From Gammaproteobacteria bacterium (lineage in GTDB: Bacteria > Pseudomonadota > Gammaproteobacteria > Eutrophobiales > Eutrophobiaceae): a stretch of 64,000 bases of DNA. Below are positions 1 through 8,407 of this stretch, piece after piece. The stretch is taken from contig OZ244905.1 of NCBI GenBank assembly GCA_965221695.1, forward strand, positions 3,475,061-3,539,060, given 5' to 3'. The position numbers and the translations under genes are program-made. How positions within the stretch are numbered: the first letter of the stretch is position 1; each line of letters begins with the position of its first letter. The notes beneath the pieces are model-generated. The model did not search any database. It was not told the DNA's origin and was given only the letters and a program-made list of their open reading frames with translations.

Positions 1-1
1 A

Positions 2-1027
2 ATGGCCTTACTCAGCGCCAGTTTATGGCATTTTTATGCTCTGTACTTTCTCATCCCATTCCTGGGCGCGGGGACTCTGCCGCAGAGTTACTCAAGGACG
101 CTAATTGCCTGGTTCGAACGGCGCCGGGGTATCGCCCTGGGTATCTCACTGTCGGGTTTCGGCGTCGGGGCAATGCTGGTGCCGGTGGTGGCGCAACTGA
201 TGATCGATAGTTACGGCTGGCGCATGGCATATGCGGGGTTTGGCGCGGCCGTGTTGCTCCTGTCGTTGCCTATGGTGGTATTCGTACTCAGGGAGAACCC
301 GGCTGAGATGGGATTGAAGCCGGATGGCGGCCCGGCGCAAACCTCAGAGTCCGGCGCCGCCGTGTTGCCCGGTTCTTCAGCGCCCGGTGGAGCCGGCAAG
401 AATGGGATGGCGCCCCAGGCCGTCGGCTTGTCTTGTCGGGAGGCCGCGCGCACGCGCAGTTTCTGGCTGATACTGATCTCGTTCATGTTGGTGGGCATCG
501 GCATTACCAGTATCATTGCTCACCTCGTGCCTTTGCTGACAGATCGCGGTGTGGCGCCGACCGACGCCGCGTTATACATGAGTTCTCTTGCCCTGGGCCT
601 GATCGCCGGACGACTGCTGGCCGGTTTCTTAATGGATTATTTCTTTGCGCCGTATGTGGCGGCCTGCTTCCTGCTGGGTCTGATAGCCGGCATCGTCATC
701 CTGGCGAGCGGCACAGCCGGTATTCTCGTGCTGGTCGCCGCCTTGCTGGTAGGTATGGCGACGGGGTCTGAGATCAGCGAGATCGCATATATCTGCAGCC
801 GCTATTTCGGGCCGCGCGCGTTTGGGCTCATCTACGGATTCATGTTCTCAGCATTCCAACTGGGATCGATGGCCGGATCGCCGTTGCTGGGCTTATATCA
901 CGACCGTGCCGGCGATTATGTGGGGGCGTTATGGATTGTGGCCGCGCTGGTCGCAATCGGCGCCGTGCTGATAGCGCTGTTGGGTCCTTATCCGGATAAA
1001 TTCCCGAATAAAGGTCCTGACATTTAG
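2..1027 (+). CDS. MFS transporter (OFA/MCT-like), probably 5'-truncated by the window edge
   Basis: Many hydrophobic TM segments; WFERRRGIALG and GRLLAGFLMD MFS loop motifs. Confidence 0.85.
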   Translation: MALLSASLWHFYALYFLIPFLGAGTLPQSYSRTLIAWFERRRGIALGISLSGFGVGAMLVPVVAQLMIDSYGWRMAYAGFGAAVLLLSLPMVVFVLRENPAEMGLKPDGGPAQTSESGAAVLPGSSAPGGAGKNGMAPQAVGLSCREAARTRSFWLILISFMLVGIGITSIIAHLVPLLTDRGVAPTDAALYMSSLALGLIAGRLLAGFLMDYFFAPYVAACFLLGLIAGIVILASGTAGILVLVAALLVGMATGSEISEIAYICSRYFGPRAFGLIYGFMFSAFQLGSMAGSPLLGLYHDRAGDYVGALWIVAALVAIGAVLIALLGPYPDKFPNKGPDI

Positions 1028-1066
1028 CCCGAACATCTCACCAATCGATGCAATGATCGCTTTAGG

Positions 1067-1082
1067 GTCAGAGCTTCCTTAA
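1067..1082. repeat. Right-half fragment of the dispersed miniature inverted-repeat element
   Basis: GTCAGAGCTTCC+TTAA matches the right end of the copy at 37872-37898. Confidence 0.5.
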
Positions 1083-1101
1083 CACACACAGGAGCATTAT
1101 C

Positions 1102-1404
1102 ATGTTGTTTATCTGTTATTTCGAGATCATGCCGGAAGCAATTGCCGAGGCAGCAAAGTCCACCTTGAGACATTCCGAACGACGAGGGGAAGGGTCTAGC
1201 GACGTTAAGGTAATTTTCGAGGCTCAGGCTGCGTCCCATTGGGGCATTGCCGCATTCGAGGCTAAGAGTTCAGAGGCGGTATTTCGCTATATCCGTCCCT
1301 GGTGTCCGGTCAATGGCAAGATACTGGTAGAGCCGGCGCTGCGCGTGGACAACGGCGAGTTTGCACAAAGCTTTCCCCGGGAAATTCTCGAAAGAAACCT
1401 CTGA
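1102..1404 (+). CDS. Small hypothetical protein, DUF3303-like
   Basis: 100 aa with RBS AGGAG upstream; MLF..., G-x-A-x-F-E-A and PW patterns resemble DUF3303 proteins. Confidence 0.55.
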   Translation: MLFICYFEIMPEAIAEAAKSTLRHSERRGEGSSDVKVIFEAQAASHWGIAAFEAKSSEAVFRYIRPWCPVNGKILVEPALRVDNGEFAQSFPREILERNL

Positions 1405-1411
1405 GATTAAG
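1394..1411. repeat. Left-half fragment of the dispersed element, overlapping the stop codon of 1102-1404
   Basis: GAAACCTCTGAGATTAAG is a 17/18 match to the reverse complement of 63603-63620. Confidence 0.55.
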
Positions 1412-1540
1412 ATGAAAGAGCACTAGTAATTAGTGTTTGCGGCGCTGCTGGCATTGAATGACCCGGGCGGGATGCCAACCCGCTTTCAGCGCGTTTCCAG
1501 GGGGGACAACGGTGCGGAAATGATATAAAATCCGGAAGTT

Positions 1541-2176
1541 ATGAGTAGTCGGGACTACACGGCCCTGGATCATCTGATCATGGGCTTTGAAAATATCATT
1601 TCCGTAATCGATGCTAAGGACCATAGCCCAAGCCCGGGCAAAAACGCGCCGGATTTACCGGATAAAGAATTGGAACGGCAACGTAGCGCGGCCCTGATGC
1701 GGGTGAACCATGCCGGGGAGGTGGCAGCCCAGGCGCTTTATGCCGGTCACGCGGTTATGACAAGGGACCAGCAAACGCGCGACTCCATGCTCCAAGCCGC
1801 CAAGGAGGAGCGCGACCACCTGGCCTGGTGCGAGGCGCGGGTCAGAGAGTTGGATAGTCATATCAGCTACCTCACTCCGGTCTGGTATTTCGGTTCATTT
1901 GTGATTGGCGCAGTAGCAGCCAGCGCGGGTGATAAATGGAGCCTGGGTTTTGTCATGGAAACAGAACGCCAGGTTGTCGAACACTTGGATGAGCACCTGC
2001 AACGACTGCCGGAACAGGATCGGAAGAGCCGTTTCATATTGGAGCAGATGCGGCGCGACGAACTGAGGCATGGAGCCGTCGCGCGGGATTCCGGCGGGGT
2101 TGAGTTGCCCTTGCCGGCGCGAGTATTGATGCGTTGTTGCGCAAAAGTGATGACCGGCGTCGCTTACTGGTTGTAA
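1541..2176 (+). CDS. coq7: Demethoxyubiquinone hydroxylase (di-iron)
   Basis: MRVNHAGEVAAQALY, EERDHLAWC, ETERQVVEHL and DELRH di-iron motifs. Confidence 0.95.
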   Translation: MSSRDYTALDHLIMGFENIISVIDAKDHSPSPGKNAPDLPDKELERQRSAALMRVNHAGEVAAQALYAGHAVMTRDQQTRDSMLQAAKEERDHLAWCEARVRELDSHISYLTPVWYFGSFVIGAVAASAGDKWSLGFVMETERQVVEHLDEHLQRLPEQDRKSRFILEQMRRDELRHGAVARDSGGVELPLPARVLMRCCAKVMTGVAYWL

Positions 2177-2223
2177 CTCCCAAGACAAGACGCTGCCTGA
2201 TCAACTCAAAGCTAATGAGACAG

Positions 2224-2250
2224 GGAACTTTTGGCTTGGGCGCTATCTAA
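2224..2250 (+). promoter_or_regulatory. Putative sigmaE (RpoE/AlgU) promoter of degQ
   Basis: GGAACTT-N15-TCTAA upstream of an HtrA protease; spacer is one base shorter than typical. Confidence 0.5.
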
Positions 2251-2328
2251 TAAAATACAGCAACCTCTAAAATGCCATCCTTGGTAATTTTAGAGGCGCC
2301 TTTACCACTGATAACTATGGAAGACACA

Positions 2329-3696
2329 ATGCGCCACATTAAATATTCTTGCCTGACCCTGTTCGCGATGCTGTTGTGCTTCGGTCACGCGCAGGCAGCC
2401 CTACCCGGATCAGCAGACGGCCAGGAATTGCCGAGTCTTGCGCCGATGCTGGAAGAGGTGACGCCGACCGTGGTCAACATCGCGACCGAAGGACGGGTGC
2501 AAGTGAGGCAGAACCCGTTGTTTGCCGATCCTTTCTTCAGGCGTTTTTTCAACATGCCGGATCAGCCGCTTGAAAGAAAGACCCAGAGCCTCGGTTCGGG
2601 CGTCATTGTCGATGCCGAACGCGGCTTGGTGCTGACTAACAACCACGTTATCGCCAATGCCGTGCAGATCACTGTAACCTTGCGCGATGGTCGCCAGATG
2701 GACGCCGAAATTGTCGGTTCCGATCCGGCAACGGATGTGGCTGTTATCAAAGTGCCGGTGGAAAACCTCACCGATATCGGGCTTGCAGACTCGGATGAAT
2801 TGCGGGTGGGCGATTTCGTGGTGGCGATAGGCAATCCGTTCGGCCTGGGACAGACGGTCACTTCCGGGATTGTCAGCGCGTTAAGCCGCAGTGGTCTCGG
2901 CATTGAGGGCTATGAGGATTTTATCCAGACAGACGCATCCATCAATCCGGGAAATTCCGGGGGGGCGCTGGTCAATCTCAAGGGAGAACTGGTAGGCATC
3001 AACACGGCCATCTTTTCCCGCAGCGGGGGGAATATCGGCATTGGGTTTGCGATACCCATTAATCTTGCCTTGCAGATCATGGAGCAACTGCTTGACAAGG
3101 GAATGGTGGAACGGGGCTTTATCGGTGTGCAACTGCAAGATCTCAACCCCGACCTGGCACAGGCATTCGGGCTCAAGAACAAGAATGGCGCGATAGTGAA
3201 CAGCGTGATGCCTGATTCCCCCGCGCAAGAAGCCGGCTTGCAACCCGGAGACATTATTGTTTCGATTAATTCAAAGAAAGTAAAGGCGGCAGCCGACGTC
3301 AGGAATCAGATCGGTTTGCTGGCTGTTGGCGAACAGGTCGAGTTCGAAATCCTACGCGCCGGGGACAAAAAGATTCTCACAGCCCGGGTCGCTGCTTCCA
3401 AGGAATTGGAACTGTCCCAGGGCGCGCGTAATCCACGCTTGCAGGGAGTGACACTGGGCGATATAGAGGAGGATCATCCCTATTTCAATCGTATCAAGGG
3501 CGTGCTGATCATGGCTATCGAGCGCGGTTCACGGGCGTGGTCAGCGGGCCTGAGAAAAGGGGACATCATTACCTCAGTGAACCACGAGCCGTTTGCAGAC
3601 CTTCAGGAGTTTTTGCGGTTAGTCGACGGTCTCGATAATGCCTTGTTGTTCCGGGTAATCAGGGGGGATGCCGCCGCTTTCCTGGTGATAAAATGA
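2329..3696 (+). CDS. degQ: Periplasmic HtrA-family serine endoprotease with two PDZ domains
   Basis: Signal peptide, TNNHV, DVAV and QTDASINPGNSGGAL catalytic triad motifs; start moved to MRHIKY. Confidence 0.92.
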   Translation: MRHIKYSCLTLFAMLLCFGHAQAALPGSADGQELPSLAPMLEEVTPTVVNIATEGRVQVRQNPLFADPFFRRFFNMPDQPLERKTQSLGSGVIVDAERGLVLTNNHVIANAVQITVTLRDGRQMDAEIVGSDPATDVAVIKVPVENLTDIGLADSDELRVGDFVVAIGNPFGLGQTVTSGIVSALSRSGLGIEGYEDFIQTDASINPGNSGGALVNLKGELVGINTAIFSRSGGNIGIGFAIPINLALQIMEQLLDKGMVERGFIGVQLQDLNPDLAQAFGLKNKNGAIVNSVMPDSPAQEAGLQPGDIIVSINSKKVKAAADVRNQIGLLAVGEQVEFEILRAGDKKILTARVAASKELELSQGARNPRLQGVTLGDIEEDHPYFNRIKGVLIMAIERGSRAWSAGLRKGDIITSVNHEPFADLQEFLRLVDGLDNALLFRVIRGDAAAFLVIK

Positions 3697-3710
3697 TTGT
3701 TTAAGGAACG

Positions 3711-4643
3711 TCAGACCAACCCGGATTCCTGTTTGCCCGGTATATCACATTGCCGGATGAGGCGCATGACAAGTTGCGTCAGTTGTTTTTTCGGATAGGT
3801 ATTGCGCCAGGCCAGCGCGATGTCGCGTTCCGGCGCAGGTTTAGCAAACGGGCGGTACGCAACCAACTGCTTTAGTCCGTCCTGCTCCTGGATCGCGGTG
3901 GAAGGCAAAATGGTCACGCCTGAGCCGGTTGCCACCATCTGTTTGATGGTTTCGATAGAACTGCCTTCCAGGGTCTTTTGAATTTTATCCTTGGAAAAAG
4001 TATCACTTTTGCAAGCGGGACACACATCCATGACCTGGTCTCTAAAACAATTGCCCGATTTCAGCAGCAGCAGGGTGTCTTCGATCAGGTCATCCGCCTT
4101 GATCTGTTTTTTGTGGGACAAGCGGTGGCGCTTCGGCAACATGACCGTGAACGGTTCCTTGTACAGGATTTCCAGGGTGGCGCCCGGCTGTTCAAACGGC
4201 GTAGAGATGATGATCATATCCAGTTCGCCACGTTTCAACCGTTGCGCGAGGTTCATGGTGAAGTCCTCTTCAATGATCAGAGTCAACCCGGGCGCCTCGC
4301 GATTGAGCAGAGGGATAAGATGGGGTAGCAGAAAAGGTCCGATGGTGTAGATGACGCCCAGTTTCAGGGAGCCTTTTAACTGGTCCTGGTCCGAACCGGC
4401 GATGGTCTTGATGGCGTTTACCTGCTCCAGCACGGTCATCGCCTGTTCCACGATGCGCCGGCCTATGGGCGTGATGGTGACATCATGAGGGCGCCTTTCG
4501 AAGATTGTCACATCCAGTTCGTCTTCCAATTTCTTTATGGCGACGCTGAGCGTGGGCTGGCTGACGAAACAGGCAGCCGCGGCCCTGCCGAAATGAAGTT
4601 CACGGGACACAGCGACAATATAACGTAGTTCTGTCAGGGTCAT
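3711..4643 (-). CDS. oxyR: Hydrogen-peroxide-sensing LysR regulator
   Basis: MTLTELRYIVAV...HFGRAAAACFVSQPTLS N-terminus; GNCFRDQVMDVCP redox Cys pair; GSSIETI. Confidence 0.9.
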   Translation of the reverse strand: MTLTELRYIVAVSRELHFGRAAAACFVSQPTLSVAIKKLEDELDVTIFERRPHDVTITPIGRRIVEQAMTVLEQVNAIKTIAGSDQDQLKGSLKLGVIYTIGPFLLPHLIPLLNREAPGLTLIIEEDFTMNLAQRLKRGELDMIIISTPFEQPGATLEILYKEPFTVMLPKRHRLSHKKQIKADDLIEDTLLLLKSGNCFRDQVMDVCPACKSDTFSKDKIQKTLEGSSIETIKQMVATGSGVTILPSTAIQEQDGLKQLVAYRPFAKPAPERDIALAWRNTYPKKQLTQLVMRLIRQCDIPGKQESGLV

Positions 4644-4650
4644 AACAGCG

Positions 4651-5445
4651 TTATCCTACGGCCTGCGCCCGGCGCGAATTTTGTTTGTCAGCGCGCGCGC
4701 CAGAGTGGATCATTCTTAACAGGTCGAGATCGACGAAACAGCGTCCATATGCCGCGCCTGCCGTAACAGTGAAAGGTTGGTCTGGCTCTCCCAGGTGGTT
4801 CAATACCAACGATGCGCCGGAAAAGTCATTGTCTGTAGTCAGAGGATGGGTGGTGATAATCGTATTGAGGCCAGCCGCCAGCGCTGCGAGATTGCCATTC
4901 GACGTGTCTTCAATGGCGATACAGGCTTCAGCTTTCAGTTCCAGTTCCGACAAGGCGCGCTGGTAGACCGCAGGCGATGGCTTCTTGTCTTGCACCTGGT
5001 CAGAGCTGATCACGACCGAAAACAGCCTGGCGCCGGCGCTGCCGAAAGTTCGGTTCAACAGTGCATTGACGTTGTCGCTTGAGGAGCTGGTTGCGATAGC
5101 GAGCTCCAGGCCGGCTGCGCGGCATTCCAACGTCAGACGGCGAATGCCAGGGCGCAGTTTAATGACATCGGAGACCAGGATCTGCCGGTACAAGGCGGAT
5201 TTTCTTTGATGCACAATATCCACCATCCCGGGCAGTTCATTATCGGCCACACCGGCTTGTTGCAGGCAATGGCGAATTCTTTCCCTGCCGCCGGAAATGG
5301 AGAGCAGGCGCTTGTACTCAAGGCGGGACCAGTTGAGCGGGCAGGCACATTCCTTGAAGGCAAGATTGAAGGCCTGGCGGTGCAGCTCCTCCGTGTCGGC
5401 AAGGGTACCATCCATGTCAAAGATAATTGCCTTCAGATCGCTCAT
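4651..5445 (-). CDS. HAD-IA phosphatase, CbbY-like
   Basis: FDMDGTLADTEELHRQAFN, GGRERI, KKPSPAVY and IEDT motifs. Confidence 0.85.
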   Translation of the reverse strand: MSDLKAIIFDMDGTLADTEELHRQAFNLAFKECACPLNWSRLEYKRLLSISGGRERIRHCLQQAGVADNELPGMVDIVHQRKSALYRQILVSDVIKLRPGIRRLTLECRAAGLELAIATSSSSDNVNALLNRTFGSAGARLFSVVISSDQVQDKKPSPAVYQRALSELELKAEACIAIEDTSNGNLAALAAGLNTIITTHPLTTDNDFSGASLVLNHLGEPDQPFTVTAGAAYGRCFVDLDLLRMIHSGARADKQNSRRAQAVG

Positions 5446-5455
5446 ACCACAGGGA

Positions 5456-6997
5456 TTATGGCTTAGCCTGGCGCATCGCCTCAGTCTTGTTGTTGAAGAT
5501 AATCTTTTGCCATTGCGTCGGGCCCGTCTGATGAATGGAATTGCCGTTGCTGTCCACCGCCACGGTTACCGGCATGTCGCGCACTTCAAATTCATGGATG
5601 GCTTCCATGCCGAGGTCGGCAAAGGCTACTACCCTGGACGCGGTAATCGCCCGGGAAACCAGGTAGGCTGCGCCGCCGACGGCCGTCAGGTACACCGCGC
5701 TATGTTTCTTTATGGCCGCCAGCGCTGCCGGGCCGCGTTCCGCCTTACCGATCATGCCGATCAACCCGGTTTTCTCCAACAACAGGTCGGTGAACCTGTC
5801 CATTCTGGTGGCTGTGGTTGGGCCTGCGGGACCGACGGTCTCATCCCTTACCGCGTCGACCGGCCCCACGTAATAGATAAAACGATTGGTAAAATCGACG
5901 CCCTCCGGCAGCGCTTGTCCCTGTTTCAGCAAGCTGTCGATGCGCTTATGCGCGGCATCCCTACCGGTGAGCAGCTTGCCGCTCAGTAGTAGAGTTTCGC
6001 CGGGGCGCCAATCGGCCACATCGGCGCGGGTGAGCGTGTCAAGATTGACGCGGCGTGAACCGGGTCCTGCCTCCCAACTGATATCCGGCCAGTCATCCAG
6101 GCTCGGCGGCGCTTGCCGAGCGGGACCATTGCCGTCCAGGGTGAAATGTGTATGGCGGGTGGCGGCGCAGTTGGGGATCAAGGCCACTGGCAGGGACGCG
6201 GCATGGGTCGGAAAGTCGATGATCTTCACATCCAGCGCGGTGGTCAGGCCTCCAAGACCCTGGGCGCCAATACCCAGGTCGTTCACCCGCTGATAGATTT
6301 CCAGGCGCAACTGCTCCAATCTGGTCTTTGCGCTCCGTTGGATGAGTTCCTGTATGTTAATCGGTTCCAGCAACGCCTGTTTTGCCAGCACAACCGCCTT
6401 CTCCGCAGTGCCGCCGATACCGATGCCAAGTATACCCGGTGGGCACCAGCCCGCGCCCAAGGTCGGCAGCACATCCACAACCCAGTCTGCAATGCTGTCG
6501 CTGGGGTTCAACATCGCCATTTTTGCCTTGTTTTCAGAACCACCGCCTTTTGCCGCAAGCTGGACCTCGAGCGTGTCGCCGGGAACCACTTCCATATGAA
6601 TCACCGCCGGTGTGTTGTCGCCGGTATTTTTCCGGGCTCCGGCCGGATCGTCCAGGATAGAAGGACGCAACACGTTGTCCGGGTGGGTATAGGCGCGCCT
6701 GACACCCTCATTGATCATATCAGCCACACTTGTGCTGGCCTGGTCCCAACGCACATCCATACCGATGCGGATAAACACCGTGACGATCCCGGTATCCTGG
6801 CAGATCGGCCGATGGCCTTCGGCGCACATCCTGGAATTGACCAGGATCTGCGCCAGCGCATCTTTTGCTGCCGGGGACTCTTCTCGCCGGTAAGCATTAT
6901 GCACCGCGTCGACGAAATCAAGCGGATGATAATAGGAGATGAATTGCAAGGCATCTGCCACGCTGGTTATTAGGTCATCCGGTTTTATTAGGGTCAT
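5456..6997 (-). CDS. fumA: Class I Fe-S fumarate hydratase
   Basis: RPICQDTG, KGGGSEN, GWCPPG, GRDAAH and GPTTATRMD motifs; start moved to MTLIK. Confidence 0.93.
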   Translation of the reverse strand: MTLIKPDDLITSVADALQFISYYHPLDFVDAVHNAYRREESPAAKDALAQILVNSRMCAEGHRPICQDTGIVTVFIRIGMDVRWDQASTSVADMINEGVRRAYTHPDNVLRPSILDDPAGARKNTGDNTPAVIHMEVVPGDTLEVQLAAKGGGSENKAKMAMLNPSDSIADWVVDVLPTLGAGWCPPGILGIGIGGTAEKAVVLAKQALLEPINIQELIQRSAKTRLEQLRLEIYQRVNDLGIGAQGLGGLTTALDVKIIDFPTHAASLPVALIPNCAATRHTHFTLDGNGPARQAPPSLDDWPDISWEAGPGSRRVNLDTLTRADVADWRPGETLLLSGKLLTGRDAAHKRIDSLLKQGQALPEGVDFTNRFIYYVGPVDAVRDETVGPAGPTTATRMDRFTDLLLEKTGLIGMIGKAERGPAALAAIKKHSAVYLTAVGGAAYLVSRAITASRVVAFADLGMEAIHEFEVRDMPVTVAVDSNGNSIHQTGPTQWQKIIFNNKTEAMRQAKP

Positions 6998-7062
6998 GGT
7001 TTTGTCGCTCTGGTTACGATGGTAGTATAACCCAGGCCATCCCACAAAATATGCGCAATTCA

Positions 7063-8376
7063 ATGCTTCCCCAGGAAATCATCAGGAAAAAAAGAAATGG
7101 CATAGCGCTGGCCGCGGATGAAATACAGTATTTTGTAGACGGTCTTTGCGATGGTTCGATTGCGGCGGAGCAGGTTTCTGCGCTGGCGATGGCTGTTTAT
7201 TTTCGCTCCATGGACAGCGCGGAGACGGCTGAGTTGACCCGGGCCATGGCGCGTTCGGGGAGCGTGATAGACTGGGCTGACGAGCGGATTGAGGGGTTGC
7301 TCGTCGATAAACACTCGACCGGTGGCGTGGGAGACAAGGTGAGCCTGATATTGGCGCCGCTGGTCGCCGCTTGCGGCGCTTACGTGCCGATGATTTCAGG
7401 GCGCGGGCTGGGACATACCGGCGGCACGCTGGACAAGCTGGACAGTATCCCCGGCTATAACACCGCGCCGGAACTGGCAGAGTTCAAACGGGTAGTCAGG
7501 TCAGCCGGTTGTGCGATCATCGGCCAGACGCCGGAACTGGCGCCGGCGGACCGGCGTTTATATGCGATCCGGGACGTGACTGCGACCATCGAGTCCGTGC
7601 CGCTGATCAGCGCCTCCATCCTGTCCAAGAAGATTGCCGCCGGCCTCGACGGGCTGGTCATGGATATCAAGACCGGTTCGGGGGCGTTCATGGCAACCGA
7701 GGCTGAGGCGCTGGAACTCGCTAGTTCCCTGGTGAATTCGGCCACCGAAGCAGGCTTGCCGATCAAGGCGGTAATCACGGATATGTCGGAAGTACTGGGA
7801 CACAACGCCGGCAATGCGCTGGAGGTACGCGAGACGATTGATTTTCTGACCGGGACGCGGCGCGACGACCGCCTGCATGAAGTCGTCTTCACCCTGGCGG
7901 CGGAGATGCTGGCGCTGGCCGGTCTGGAGCAGGACCGGCAGGCAGCGCATTCATTGTTGCAAACAGCGCTGGACCGGGGCCGGGCGACCGAGGTTTTCGC
8001 CGCCATGGTAAGCGCTCTCGGCGGGCCTGCGGACTTCATTGAGCGGCTCGATGACTACCTGCCGCCGGCGCCGGTTGTGAGGCCGGTTTTCCCCGACGGC
8101 GAAGGGTATGTTACCGCCATTGATGTGCGCCAGGTAGGTAATGCCGTGGTCGCGCTGGGCGGCGGCAGACGGCGGGTTGAAGACAGCATCGACCACAGCG
8201 TCGGCCTGACTGAGATCGCGGGCCTCGGCGCCCGTCTCGGCCCCGATACCCCGGTAGCAATTGTTCATGCCCGGGATGAAGCCGGGGCGCACGCGGCTGC
8301 CAAGTCGCTGCGCGGGGCGTTTGTGGCTGGCGCTGAGCCACCGCCGGCAAGACCGGTGGTGCAGAAATTAATTTGA
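7063..8376 (+). CDS. deoA: Thymidine phosphorylase
   Basis: MLPQEIIRKKR, DKHSTGGVGD, SGRGLGHTGGTLDKL and SILSKK motifs. Confidence 0.95.
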   Translation: MLPQEIIRKKRNGIALAADEIQYFVDGLCDGSIAAEQVSALAMAVYFRSMDSAETAELTRAMARSGSVIDWADERIEGLLVDKHSTGGVGDKVSLILAPLVAACGAYVPMISGRGLGHTGGTLDKLDSIPGYNTAPELAEFKRVVRSAGCAIIGQTPELAPADRRLYAIRDVTATIESVPLISASILSKKIAAGLDGLVMDIKTGSGAFMATEAEALELASSLVNSATEAGLPIKAVITDMSEVLGHNAGNALEVRETIDFLTGTRRDDRLHEVVFTLAAEMLALAGLEQDRQAAHSLLQTALDRGRATEVFAAMVSALGGPADFIERLDDYLPPAPVVRPVFPDGEGYVTAIDVRQVGNAVVALGGGRRRVEDSIDHSVGLTEIAGLGARLGPDTPVAIVHARDEAGAHAAAKSLRGAFVAGAEPPPARPVVQKLI

Positions 8377-8407
8377 TTTACCTTCTATTCAGTTCATCAC
8401 TGACCGG

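Noticed and set aside
5297-6973. 230-aa and 286-aa plus-strand ORFs
   Set aside because: Antisense shadows of fumarate hydratase; such shadows are common in GC-rich coding DNA.
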